A DNA stretch of 64,000 bases from Haplodiscus bocki (GCA_965655095.1 OZ296649.1:7750001-7814000); one strand, 5' to 3'. Positions 40,850-53,590 are shown, counted from the stretch's first letter. Translations and numbers: made by a program. The notes: a model not told the origin generated them from the letters alone.

Positions 40850-43700
40850 AACTTTGATGACCTCACATTGTAAAAGCCTTCAATTTGAACAAAAGTGCCA
40901 TGAAAGACCACTTTCGGCAACATTTCTATAGTTTTTCTCTATCTCTTCCATTTTTGGCCGAGAAATTGTAGATTTCTGCCAGAAGTTGCATAACATTGCA
41001 GGCGACGACAAATTGAAGCAAAGTTTCGTAACTCGTTACTACAAAAGAGCAAAAGTGATCAAAAATTGTCAAAAAAAGGAAATTTTGGCACATTCAGACT
41101 TCTCTCATCTAGCGGTCATCTAGCTGTAGCCCTTTCATTCAAATTTGTTCTATTTTGCCACTTTTGATGGAGAATCCTACAATTATGTTCAAGTAGGATA
41201 AAAACGACAAAAAAAACTTTTTTTTGGAATTTTTATCCTTCTTGCACACAGGTGTAGCCCTTTTTACCAAAAATATTCGATTTCTGTGAAAGAGTTGAAA
41301 CTTTTGCTTTGCGCCACCAAACGGAAGAAACGTTGGTGAGAGGTAAATCATTGCCCAGATTGTTACTATAAACAAGGTATGGCTTGGCTTCTGACGAAAT
41401 GGTTTGAGTAGGCATCAAAAAATAGGATTACGTGCCACCGGACGTTAGAAGGCTTCTTTTGCCGCTTTCAATATCATCAAGATGCCAATCCGCAACCGAC
41501 TGAGTTGTTTTGCTGGAAAACAGCAAGAGACTCCCCATCAATGCCAATTTGCAGGCAAAATTTTTCCATGTCAAACTTATAGGACTAATGAAAATCGATT
41601 CTCAATCTGAGAACGTTTTCACAAACAAATTATTTGAAACCGAGCCTCCACCAATTCTCGTTATTACAGTAGGCAACTTAAGAAAAAAAGTGTTCTGATC
41701 TACTACCGAAGTTTTACGAGCGGTTAGTTGCTGCAAAGATGAAGTTCCCTAAAATGTGGGGTCCGGAAAAGTTTCGGTAACTTTTGGCTTGATTATTGTG
41801 ATAAACAAAATTAGTATTTAAGTTTTCCGACCTTTTTGATAAATTTGAAATGAAAGCAGACTGTGAGAGTGGTGTTTTGCTGAAAAATGTCCAAAAAAGT
41901 CTAACTTTCAGCACAATAATTGTTTTGACTCTGCATTTCTATCAAAAGTGTGTTGCAAGTTGTCTGATGCTATGCTGTAAAATAATGTAAATAAAAAACA
42001 AAATTTCAGTCCAGATGTGACCTCTTGTTCGATCACTGACAACGTAGAGCCTACTTACTGCTTGTATGAAAAAGTGCTTTAAAACAATCAATTTTTAAAG
42101 TTTTCTCTCAAAAAAGTGAATTATTTTCGATGACTTCACACTCTAAAAACGTCCAGTTCGACAAAAATTGGCTCACATTTCAATTTTCAGCTTGTTTTCA
42201 GCCACTCTGCATCCCTTTCTCCTTTAGTCATTTTGTAAAAAATCATTGAGTCAAACAATGATAACTTTTGCCAATTGAAAAAATTTTTGCAATTTTCCAA
42301 ATGACACCAGCTTCTGTGCGTCGGAAAAATGTCAATGAAAATGGGTTTTTTCTTTGTTGAAGTTGCTTCCACGGAAGGTAATTGATTTTTTAGAAAACTG
42401 TCTTTTGTGGGCACAGAAAACGAAACGAAACGAAACGAAACTGGATGACTCGTGCCATTTCCACCAACATTGGAAAAACCAGTTCTATTGCCAATCAAAA
42501 TTCGCTCATGATAAAGTGAAATAAATAAGCATGAAAAAAACCAAAATAGGTGCCACCGGAAGCTAAAGGGCTCTTCTGCCGGTTTCAAAATCATCGATGC
42601 CAATTCGCAACTCACGGAGTTGTTTTGCTCGAAAAAATCTGGAGACGCCAGCACAATCCAATTTGCGAAAAGAAATTTTTCGATGTCAAACTTCTAGACA
42701 ATCTAATCCAAACTTCGCTTCCAACTTTTTCCTGAGCGTGGTAATTAGGTCTGAGCTGTCACTAGTTGATGCATTTTTCGTTTTAGTACCGTTCCATAGT
42801 ACAATCATTTTTGACTCACTACAAGACATTTTTCTGTAATGAAAGCATATGTCATGCACAACATATGACAAGAGGTGTTTTGATCTAGATCCAAGTCGTA
42901 CAAACTCTTAACTGGTGCCTGGTGCATAGAAAATGATTAATAAAAAATCCCAAAATCTTTTGGTCATTTTGAACCCTTTGCTGTAAAAAAAAACAGATGA
43001 AGTAGTAAAGTATTCCGACCATTGTGATAAATTTTAAAAGCAAGCAGACTGCAAAAGAGGTCAGCTTTCCCACAATGGCACAAAACACAAGTCTTGAAAA
43101 CAATGATCAATTCCACGATGTATTTGCAATAAAAGAATGTTGCAAGTTTTGAGATGCTGTAAAAACATGTTGTCATAGTAAAACTTCTCATTTTTCCAGA
43201 TGCGAGCATTTGTCCGATCGCCAAAGTTGAACGAAGTAGGGTTTAGTAAGTGATTCTATGTGACAATGACCTGACACAACAAAGTTTAGCCTTTCTGTCA
43301 AAAAACAGAACTCTTGATGATGATTTCACACTCTAAGAGCCACCATTTCGAATGATCGTGTCTTGAAAAATCTTTCAACAAATTTTCAGCCAGCTTGCAT
43401 CACTTTCTATTTCATCCATTTGAGATCCATTTCCACCACTTTGAACCAAAAAAGCATATTTCGCCAAACATGAAAATTTTAGCAGGTGACCAAATATACC
43501 CAGCTTTTCTGACAGTGTATTACAATACCGCTCATTTTATCAGATAGTAGTCAATAAAAACGTTTTTTTTTGGGTTACTTTCCTACTTGCATAGTGCTGT
43601 AGCTGCTTCCACCAATAAATCAGATTTTATTGAAAGTGTAAATTGTGTTCTGGGGCAAAGTAAACAAAACTTGGTGACGTCATATAGAGGTACACTTGAG
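40850..43700. repeat. Diverged tandem repeat of a ~1.1-1.3-kb unit (~2.5 copies)
   Basis: gatga(c/t)(c/t)tcaca...taa anchor at ~40856, 42129 and 43320; gtgccaccgga...gatgccaat..gcaac...gagttgttttgct...atgtcaaactt at ~41432 and 42550. Confidence 0.75.
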
Positions 43701-46469
43701 ACAACCTGTTACAACAACAACGTTAATTATCGCAAAAATTCTTACAAGAGGCAAAAACATAGACGAAAAATTACAGTTTGAACAAAACGAAGGTTTATTT
43801 GACACATTTCCCAGAAAAAAAATCAAATTATTTGGCCCTATTTAACAATCGAATACGAGTGTCTATCGTAAAAGTTTGGGCAAATATTCCGTGTTTCATT
43901 GGGTGAATACTATGTATCAGACATTAATTATTACAATATAGGCAAAGCAATAAACCCAATAAAAGTCGATAGGTCGATAGGTAGAAACAAATAAAAATAT
44001 TGTGGCATCGACTAGTTTCATCATTAGATGAAAAAGGATAAATCATATAGAACATAAATGAAAAAAACTGAAATATTCTGATTAATGAATCAATAACGAT
44101 AAACTTTGTCCCTCTTTTAGGAAGTCACCTAACTCCTGTAACCATGAACATGAAGTATCAATAAACAAAAAACCAAAAAAAAATTGAAAGCTTCAGCAAC
44201 TCAATTTCTAATAATAATATATTCTCAGTATTATTTGACGAAGAAGATAAAAAATATGAGAAAAATAACAGTAGAGTACAAGGGGAAGTAATCAATTTAA
44301 TATATCAGATAGCTTTTTTTAATCTTGGATTAATTTAAGCACATGAATTAATCCAAGTTTCACTGTTCATAGCATTGTTGTGGTACTAATAGAATCAGGA
44401 GTTGGTTTTGGTGTTGTATAGGTCTCAAGATACTTAGTGAATTCATTAGAGGATAAGAAAATCATTATCTTACGAATTACGCACTTTTGACTCAAGCCTT
44501 AGAAAAACGCAAATTTTCTAGAAAGTGATGTCTAAAGGCTGCGAATGGATACTGATAGGATCAAAGATACCTCAGTTAAGGTGCTTCCTTGCAATTTGAT
44601 ACACTGTGAAAACGGTGCAAGCAACTTTACAAGAAAAAATTGGAAAGTTGACCTGCTGCCCGCATGTATTTTGGTACCACGTGCGAATTACCTGCGGTGT
44701 CTGCAGTTTCGGGTAGTTTTATCCGAAAGGGTCGGCATGTAGTACGTCAATAGGGCTACATCTAGTTCACCTACGGGTTATATAAGGCTTGCGTGCGGTG
44801 CAGCTGATTCAGTCTGAGAAACGCAGGCATTTATACGTGCTTGCTGCAGGTAATTTTATCGGAAAAAGCAGGCAAATCGCATGAATTTTTTCAATTTCTT
44901 CTAAAAAACCTACTTTTTTCCGCTTTTTCAGGAATTGTGATTAGTCCACAATTAGCTAATTGGTTTATGGCAGCCTTCCAGATGTTTGACGCAACCTTGT
45001 TTTTTACGAGCGGAACGTTGATAGAAACATTTGGTTGCAAACTAAAGTAGGATGACAATAAGAGAGAAAATTTTGAAGTATGACTCTCAGAAAAGATATT
45101 TGCCTGTTAAGCTGTTCAGTAACTGCAACCTTTTATGATAGAAACATGCGTGTTTTTCGGAATCCATCAAAGGATTACTGAAAAAAAAAACATTCTGGAA
45201 CAGAAGCAAATAGGTTGCCATTAATTGAGTTTTTCACTAGGGTTGCCACAGGCCTTTTTACATGTGCCATCCGCAGAGTGTATGATATCTCTGCGCCCAG
45301 CTCTGGGGCCGTTTGAAAATATTTATGTTCACGGTACGTACACGTGACTTCATCGTATCATGCGCTGCTAGTTTTTGCATTTCACACGAAATCAAGCTCA
45401 ATCAACCCTCGTAGGCGGAACTTGTTGAAAGTTATACCTGTCCAAGGTGTTTTGCCAAGGAACTTGTTCAAAGAAATCATGAATAAGGAATTTCCTTAAA
45501 CGTGTATTTTTACTGGATTAATTTGTCTGAAAAAAAACAAGCTGATACAATTTTTGGGGGCAAGGAAAGACAGCCGATTTCAAATGAGACAGAACCGCCA
45601 ATATTGGGAACGGGACAAAACTAACGATTTCGATAATGAGACAAAACCACCAATTCTAAATTGGAACAAAATCGCAGATTTTATAAAAGAGAACAAACTG
45701 CCATGAAAAATGTTTCTCTGATGAAAGCATCTTTGCCTACTTATCGAATGTTAGCAGTTATATTACCAATTACTAATTGAAACTGAAGTACCACTAACTA
45801 ATGCAATTTCCTTCAATTTTCGCGGCTAAAAAATTTTCCGAAATGCCAGCATCAAAGAATTCATCAAAGCCTTTGCTTTCATTTAAGCTAAATTTGTAGT
45901 ACCCACCCCTATTTTTGTATACCGAGCTCCTGTGAACAAGTGAAATTTCTGCTGAGAAAATTGAAACACCATTACCAAAATATTCAGAAATGGTCTTTTC
46001 GGATATTTTCCGTTCATGCAATTGGGCATCAAGAACAATCAGAAAATTATATGGCGCAAAAATTAAAAAATTGGTTGTTTTTTCTGTAGTTGTTCAGTTT
46101 CATTGGCATTTCATGCGGTGACAGAAAATTTAGTTTTGCAGATATTGGGATTATCAATTTTCACGATTTTCTGTTCGTGGCCGTCCAGAATTTTAATCTT
46201 GGTTTTTTATAAAACTAAAATGTTGATCGAGAATAATTTGACTTTGGGTATTTTGGGCTTGGTTATTTTGGGTTTGGTATTTTGGAGTAAAACCATTTCA
46301 TTATATATTGGTAATTTAATTGCCAATTATCCGTAATTAGGCCAAAACGCTTTTATTTTAACAACGTTCATCTTTGCAAAGATAAGCGACCTTTCCTATG
46401 ACAAATCAGCGGCTTTTTACCACTTTAAAATCGTCGGTTTTGTCTCATGCCGATTATTAAGGAACCATC

Positions 46470-47360
46470 CTTAGTACAGGGATTTTTTGCTAGAGCTCAT
46501 CCACGGGCCCAGAGCTTTCTCAGCAAGTACTTGTTACGGGTTTACAGATGACATGGCTGTGGTACAAGAGGGCTGCGCCGTGTTAAGGTATTCCTGGAGT
46601 GGCGAAACCGGGCAGATGAAAAATCGAAATATTATTAGATTCAAAATTGGTACAATCTAAAAAAAACAACTTGCATGATTGAACATTTTGAGTTGTGAAA
46701 CGGATGATTAATCAGCTATCAGCAGCAATTAATTCTGTGAAATTATTAAATGTCTCGAAAAATGATCCAAGAAGTTTGTAACACTGCCTCTTCTGCATAT
46801 TAGAGTTATCTGTGGCCAGTTTGGGCTTTGAAGGAAAAATATTGCCGTTGATTAACACATTTGTGATTTGAGAATGATTATTTGAGAGATTGAGGCCATC
46901 TCCTGCAGCCACACTCACATTCTGGAAGAATTCTTTCCCTGAAACGTCTTCATAGTAACCCCTTCCAGACATGAAACACTTGGCACATTCTCAGCGAGAC
47001 AGAGATGGGCCAGAAGTAACAGAGATATGTTACCAAGTTCTTACAACGATCCAGAGATAAATTACTATATAGTAATTTATCTCTGGATCGTTGGAAAGAT
47101 CTTACTAAGAAGGCTCTTGTTCAAAGATGGAACATATGTTCCATACTTAGACCAGAGCATTCTTAGCAAGATCTTGCAGCGACTTTTATCTCTGACACAG
47201 CTGGGCCCAGAGCTGGGTCGTAATAAGTTATCTCTGGGGTGATCAACTCGGGAAGTACAATTAGCGCAAAAACCAACTTGTCCACCTTTACTTGTTTACC
47301 TTTTATTTACCTCCAGCATTAATGCACTCATGGCGCAGCAATCCCTGGTTGACTTGAATA
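46470..47360 (-). pseudogene. Probable LIM-domain (zyxin/LPP/paxillin-like) gene remnant interrupted by a MITE
   Basis: Exon ECAKCFMSGRGYYEDVSGKEFFQN ends at a GTGAGT donor (46918-46913) and splices in phase 0 to an acceptor at 46594, continuing EYLNTAQPSC...KALG. This follows the LIM pattern CxxC...FY..xGK.yC..cY.nt..C..C...ALG with several Cys lost and stops present. Confidence 0.4.
47007..47208. mobile_element. MITE-like element: terminal IR enclosing two internal palindromes
   Basis: Perfect 50-bp palindrome 47044-47093 and imperfect 80-bp palindrome 47096-47175. Outer arms gggccag....cagagata / tatctctg....ctgggccc; a related end at ~45286-45310. Confidence 0.7.
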
Positions 47361-48033
47361 GATGAAACATGAAAATCATAGTAAAATCCACAGAAGTGCA
47401 TGGTAACATGCAAGTCAAAAAAACAATATTAAAAAGTATGATTCTACGCAAGTCATAAACTGGAGCTTAGTATGGCCATAGTATGGAAAAGAATGCGCGC
47501 ATTTGATTAGATTGTGATAATTTATTCTAGTGAGTAAAAATTTGACTTAAAATACTCACGTAAAACGTTGCATTAAAGTGTGAAGTTTAAAAATTCTGGC
47601 AATAATATGACTGAGGATCACACTAAATGTCATCTAGCCTCAATTTCTGTTGCCAAAAATTTAATAGGAGATCTCATGTCATCCCATTTCCGAAATGTAT
47701 AGCCTGCAGAAGTGTAGCGTTAGAGAAACTGGGACGAAGCTAATAATCTTTCTTTCCTGACAATCATTTTGAAAGTCGCTGTAAGGAGTTAATAAAGGTA
47801 GCTCAATAAAAATAAAGGTGCAGATTATACCAGTCAACCCCGATTCGACTTTGACTGATACAATCCTCACCCATATCAACAAACCACAGGAAATATAAAA
47901 AATATTTAACATACCTGTTTTCCTCCAACACATAAAAGCCAGAGTTGGATGGATGAAAGCGCGTTTATATTTTCACATTTATGTGAACGTAGAATTGAAA
48001 AGAAAAATTGCACCTGCTTATTGACATTGTAAG

Positions 48034-48168
48034 CGAGACTGAAAAAAATCCACTATTACCAATTATGTCGACATAATAAAGGAGACCGAAAAATTCACCA
48101 CTGCCATTTATGTCGACATAATACACGAGACTGAAAAACTCATCACAACCAATTCTGTCGACATAACA
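48034..48168 (+). repeat. Three ~45-bp tandem units containing palindrome TTATGTCGACATAA, abutting the Polinton left end
   Basis: gagac(t/c)gaaaaa...t(a/c)tgtcgacataa repeated at ~48035, 48082 and 48127. Confidence 0.8.
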
Positions 48169-48187
48169 GAATATGTATATATTTTCC

Positions 48188-48723
48188 AGTTGCTCTCTAT
48201 TTTTTTGTCTGCTATAGCTGATTTGTATATGCAAAAGTGACATCAACTAGAGTTAAGGTGTGGCCGGAGTGTTTGGGGTTCACTCCTTAATACGTATCCC
48301 CAATCTTTGTCGTGCAACCACCATGAAAGCTATATGGACGAACTGTCTATATCTTGAAACTTGAAAAAGTTGACTAGGTCAATGGGGAATTCTGCCACGA
48401 ATGCTCACTCGGATTTGCTAGAAATAGCTGATTAGAAAGTTGGCCGGTGGAGTTTTTGTAAAATTTCATCCCCAACTATACTTTCAAGTAAAAACTGTTA
48501 TTTACGAGCTATTTTCCGATATCCATTTTCAACATGCAAAAAGAAATGGAATATTTCCATTATTACAAAAACACTCTATATAATCACGATTTTGAGATAT
48601 TATTCTGAAAAATTGTCTATGCATTATTGCTTTTCGAAATTTCAAGTGATAACATATCTTTTCAATTGATAGATTACTACAAATTTTTATTTGATTAAAT
48701 ATAAAACATTTTTGTCGAGCAAT
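48188..48723 (+). repeat. Left terminal inverted repeat (~535 bp)
   Basis: Reverse complement of 63463-63995, e.g. actccttaatacgtatcccc, tctttgtcgtgcaaccaccatgaaa, aatgctcactcggatttgctagaaata, ttggccggtggagtttttgtaaaa, tccattattacaaaaac. Roughly 80% identity by eye. Confidence 0.92.
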
Positions 48724-48735
48724 TTTATCGTTTAT

Positions 48736-49270
48736 ATGACATACTACTAAAAAATATGTGATAAGACAAATAATCGCAAATCAAGGTACTAACAATTTAA
48801 AACAATAACCCATATTTCACGAAACCAATATACTATAAGGAGATATATTATTCTAACTCCTAAATTTTCAAAAAATTGACGCAGTAATGATAAGATATAT
48901 CAGCAAACACAACGAAAAAAATGTAGAACACGATGTTCGATGTGTTTTAATTTTATTAACTACTACAAATCGTGTTAGATATAATAAACGTAATCCAAAA
49001 TCTAGTTTGGATTATACTTTTAAATTTTCTAAAAAATTTTAATTGTCAGGAATTAAACAAGATCGATATTACTTTTCTCAGATATCTGAAATGACCTTTA
49101 GTTTCATTAGTTTTGTTACAAATATGACATATGATTACTATCTTAAACAACCAAAGCCAATGTGTGAAAGATATAAAATGAGATAATAGCTAGAAATTCT
49201 AAACTCATAAATTGTCTAAATAGAAACACTTCACATTCCTTGATTAGAAAAAACTATCACGATCCCTAAG
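48736..49270 (+). pseudogene. Polinton C2H2-type zinc-finger protein remnant
   Basis: MTYY*KICDKT...RY*QFKTITH N-terminus; later NMTYDYYLKQPKPMCER...IIARNSKLINCLN. Multiple stops and frameshifts. Confidence 0.5.
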
Positions 49271-49484
49271 TTCGATAGAATTATTGAAATTATTACATAT
49301 TCTATATTTTGTGAAGAGCCACTAATACATAATGTCAACTTGTCAATACAACAAAGAAACAAAACGATCATAGTTTTAGTTGTCGTTTTTAGAACTTTGG
49401 TTTTTTTTCTCCTAATAAAATACCTAAAAGATTAACAATTTTTATTTAGAACAAATAGCAAAAACCGGTGATCTACTTGCTGAT

Positions 49485-49793
49485 TTGACAATGAGACAAT
49501 ATAGGTTGGATAACTTGGCTAAATTTATGGAAAACAATTTTACCAATCCCAAATTCAAACAATCTGAAAAAGCTAGAGAACTGAAAATATCATCTTCTAC
49601 ATTACAACGGTATAGAATTGAAGTAAATATGCTTTCACCCTATAGAATACCATCCTCATTAAAAACTAACACAAGAAAACATAAGATTTCAAACCATGGT
49701 GAGCATGACATCAAAGCGACCTCAATTGACCTCAAAATGACGTCTAACGAATCAGTAAAATATAAGAAAAAAAAGAGGTATGCCAAACGATAA
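49485..49793 (+). CDS. Small helix-turn-helix DNA-binding protein
   Basis: PKFKQSEKARELKISSSTLQRY fits the HTH consensus; basic tail KYKKKKR. True start is probably slightly upstream. Confidence 0.65.
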   Translation: MTMRQYRLDNLAKFMENNFTNPKFKQSEKARELKISSSTLQRYRIEVNMLSPYRIPSSLKTNTRKHKISNHGEHDIKATSIDLKMTSNESVKYKKKKRYAKR

Positions 49794-50399
49794 TTTAAAA
49801 AAAAGACGTATTCTTATTTAATAAACTTTTTCATCTACTTAAATGGCTGAGTTTATAGAAATTATAAAAAGAAATTTTAGGGTTCGAAACGAAGTAAACT
49901 AAACCATTGACAAATAAAACGAAGAATCATATTCGACACAATCAAAAACAGGGCAGAATGCTTTAATCTAAAGTAAAATCTTTTTACGAGCAATAATTAT
50001 AATGGGAGACAAAATTGAAGATATGGATATAGAAAGAGAGCATAAAGATAATAAAACAGAATTTTTAGAGAATAAAAAAGGATTACCAGGTTCTAAATTT
50101 GTTGAGGAGATTAATAAACTAGGTTTTGAAAAAATGTGATCCTAAAAACGTGATAGGGTTATGGATTGATTGAATAATTCGCTTGAAAATCATAATTACA
50201 TGATAAATTAAAAAAACAATAAAACTTTATTTTTTATATAAAAGTATTGCTGTGATAATGACTTGTTTATAGAAACAACTTCATCATAATTATCTAATTG
50301 TTTACCTATATTTGTATACAAGCCCATTTAAGTTTGTTATAAAACTGCATGCAAAAGTTATGATAAATTATGGCGTTCTGAAGTTTGTAATAACGTTTC

Positions 50400-50752
50400 T
50401 GCAAAAGATGGAGTACAAGATAAAAAATGCAACCAAACAAAACTCAAAGTAAACGATAAACATACTCAAAGATGAAAAATTAACAACAAGATTTAAACCT
50501 TCTGTTGACACAGTTGTCTTAAACGAAGCTTGCTTAGGTGAAAAAATATCCAAAATAGAAGGACAGATCTCATATATTGAAAAAGATTACAACAAATTTA
50601 AATTACACAATAGAGAAGATATTCTAAGCGAAAAGGCAGTAAGAACGACTAAACAAATTTTATATGATAAAAGAATATTTGATAATTACAATAGTGGAAA
50701 CGCACCTGAGGTACTAAAAGATTTTTTACTTGTTTACAACAGGCTTATTTAG
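50400..50752 (+). pseudogene. Polinton hypothetical protein upstream of the protease
   Basis: Continuous frame LKDEKLTTRFKPSVDTVVLNEACLGEKISKIEGQISYIEKDY...QILYDKRIFDNY with no clear start. Confidence 0.35.
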
Positions 50753-50761
50753 AGGAATGAA

Positions 50762-51190
50762 ATGATATTATTCAAAGATTTTGTTCACAAATACCGTTTA
50801 AAAATTGAAGCAACATCAAATATAAAAAAACAACAAGTCTTTTCTTCTATTGGATGGGATAAGCTAGATATATATCCAAGAAGTGGACTTTTTCCAAGTG
50901 ATATAGGAATTGCTAACTTGCAAAAATCGAAAAGAACGCACTGGATTGCATACATAAAAGGGATCTCTTTCTCCTATGGGTGTGCTCTTCCTTAAAAACT
51001 ACTTAAAATTTTTATAAAACGAAATGGACATTGTTTATAATTTGAATACAAAACACAAGGTCTGACTAGCAAAAAAGATTCTTGTTGTGCAAGTTATTGT
51101 TTTTTTATAAATTATATGACAAAAATCTTATGAATAGATTTTAAATCTGCTATTTTGAATTTATAGTAACAAAGATTTTCTTGGAATAAA
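50762..51190 (+). pseudogene. Adenain-like cysteine protease (capsid maturation)
   Basis: IANLQKSKRTHWIAY (His), SFSYG (decayed FDSYG), then in frame through stops TQG...DSCCASYC (oxyanion Gln and catalytic Cys). Confidence 0.85.
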
Positions 51191-51402
51191 TGACATTACG
51201 GAAAAAAACGGTGGATAATAGCGTAAAGTATGTCGCAAAAAGTAAACAAACTCAATCAATTTCAAGAAAGAGAGAGAGAGAAATTAAACCAAACCTATTA
51301 AAGAGTAATTCCCTTCCTCGTAAACAAAACAAAAATTTTCACACAAAGTAATGAGAAATTCGTTAGAGATATCATAACAGGAGAAAGATTTAGAATGATT
51401 AA

Positions 51403-52520
51403 ATGAACAACAATTTGTTACTTTTATTAAAAAACATACTGATTCACTTATTGAACAAACAAAAACAAAACCACAAGAAACACTCGAAGTTAAACTAAAT
51501 AAACAAATGGAAACATTTTCATTTTCACCACTCATCACCAATAAACTTGCTTGAAGAAAGTAAATGTTTATTAGCAGTAATTTCTTTTAAAGCAAACAAT
51601 TCTGTTTTTAAAACAACTGTTGAAAACAACAGTTTTTCAATTAGCATACCAGGTCGTTGGAGAATCCTTAACTATTTAGAAAATGAAATAACTGATAAAC
51701 TAGAGAGTTGACTAAAACTTAGACCTCAAAATGAATTTGAACTACACGTGGAGGAAGTTAGAAAAAGAGGGAATCAATTAAAAATTGAAGATGAAGAACA
51801 CAAATTATCAGATCTTGATACTTTTAAAAAAAGAAATTTTTGAATAACTAAAAACCGCTAATTATCATGATCTTGAAGATTTAGTTTATAGAATGAGACT
51901 AACATATGATGAAATTATGGATACATTAGATATAAAATAATTGCACTCTGACAGAACAGGTTATGCCTTAACAACCGGGAAATAGGCAATAAGCGATATT
52001 AACAAAACGTTAGAATATTGATTACCCGATTAGGTGAAAATAGATATTACTATTGATGATATTAGATTAACATCTAATTTAAAAATTAATCAAACTTTAT
52101 TTTCAGTAGAAAAACTTTTTTCTATACAATATTGGATTTTATCGAATCTTATTCATGACCCCTAGTTCATATCGATTGATAAAATCAACTAATTCCAGTA
52201 TCGTATAAAAGTGATCAACGTATTAATAGTACTGGAATTGATAATGTTCATGTGAAATGCGATTGCGATAACGACAGCATCGTAAACGGCTGTAGAGAGC
52301 CTATTTTGTACATTTTTGCTCTTGATAACCCATCAGGTCAAAAATATACAAAGGACCTAAAGTCAAACTCTTTAAAATGGTGAATAAATCTGTTCTGTCT
52401 CGTGGAACATTTTATTTGGGAGATGACGATCACAAACCAGTTGATTTTAACGGGGAATTGTTTTGTTTTACTTGCCAACTAACTAAAAAGTATATAATAA
52501 ATAAAGGAACCTACTTATGA
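51403..52520 (+). pseudogene. Minor capsid (penton-like) protein, copy 1
   Basis: N-terminal KPQETLEVKL...NSVF; C-terminal IDNVHVKCDCDNDSIVNGCREPILYIFALDNPSG...KMVNKSVL...FYLGDDDHKPVDFNGE matches the Polinton penton pattern. Many stops and frameshifts. Confidence 0.8.
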
Positions 52521-53590
52521 TTCGACCTAAAAATGAAACAGATTTTTTGCTTTCAAAAACTAAAAAATGTTGTTAAACGCTTATTAAACAAACTCATAGG
52601 AAAGCGGAAGAAACTTTAGAATTCAAGCTCACCCAACCAAAATAAACTCTTTTTTTCATTCCATCAATCTGAGTTGAAAGATCTTGGATGATAAGATTAA
52701 CAATTTTGAAATTTTACAATTCTATTTTTAACATAACAGAAGAAAATATTAAATTTGAGATTTTTACCGATAATTATGATTAATTTTCATTTGAAGAGTT
52801 AAAAGATGAACTTGAGGACACCCTTAGTATTTCAGATATCACACCATTTCATCTGCAACATGAAAAAACAGGACCGCGAAGCATATCAGAAATTAGGATC
52901 AGAAAAATCAAGCACTTATTGTTATATTATACTATTAATGGGTTATGCTCGATCATCATTTCGAGATTTGGAGATTTATGTCAGAATTGTAGTTGGTTTG
53001 GACGAAGATGATATTCAATTTTTTTTAAAACAAAATAACTTATTTTTTATCATTTATGAATTATCTCCAGTGACTTACACAATTAGAGAAATTTCAGAGG
53101 CTGTTTATACTATAGGTGATCATGAAGGGAGCTTGAAAATTGAATGGGATGATATTAGCATGAAAACAAAACTTATTTTAACCCGTTTTGCTGGAAATTT
53201 TGGAACGTTGAGATTTGATGAAGATTCTTTCTTTAAATACTTTATTAGGTTTTACACCATATTGGGATTTCAAACCCACTAATGCGCTTTATGCTGATAG
53301 CCCCGGTGTCCACACTAGTGATAAAAAATTAACTTTAAGAACAATAAATAAAACTCATTTAAAGTGTGACGTCATTGATGGCAGTGTATTAAATGGTTTA
53401 AAACAACCTATATTATACAGTTTCATTTTAGATAAACCATAAATAGATAAGCCTGAAACAATAAACTACATAAAAATTTAAACAAATGTGTTTCGAATAC
53501 TGCAACAATTTATTTAGAAGATAATAAAGACGTAGAAGTTAAATTTAATGGAGAAAGGTTGACTTTCACATTTCAATGATTTCAAATTTG
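52517..53590 (+). pseudogene. Minor capsid (penton-like) protein, copy 2
   Basis: RKAEETLEFKL...YNSIFNITE; TLLGF; INKTHLKCDVIDGSVLNGLKQPILYSFILDKP; IYLEDNKDVEVKFNGERLTFT. Includes ORFs 52806..53282 and 53215..53442. Confidence 0.82.

Noticed and set aside
44324-44357. 12-bp-stem hairpin (CTTGGATTAATT...AATTAATCCAAG) as terminator or Helitron end
   Set aside because: AT-rich, isolated, no CTRR end or associated gene.
46506-46516. GGGCCCAGAGC as another end of the foldback MITE family
   Set aside because: Lacks the CAGAGATA part and is explained by the ALGP codons of the LIM-like exon.
48182-48187. 6-bp target-site duplication of the Polinton
   Set aside because: Left flank TTTTCC does not match the visible right flank AGATA; exact termini are uncertain at the window edge.
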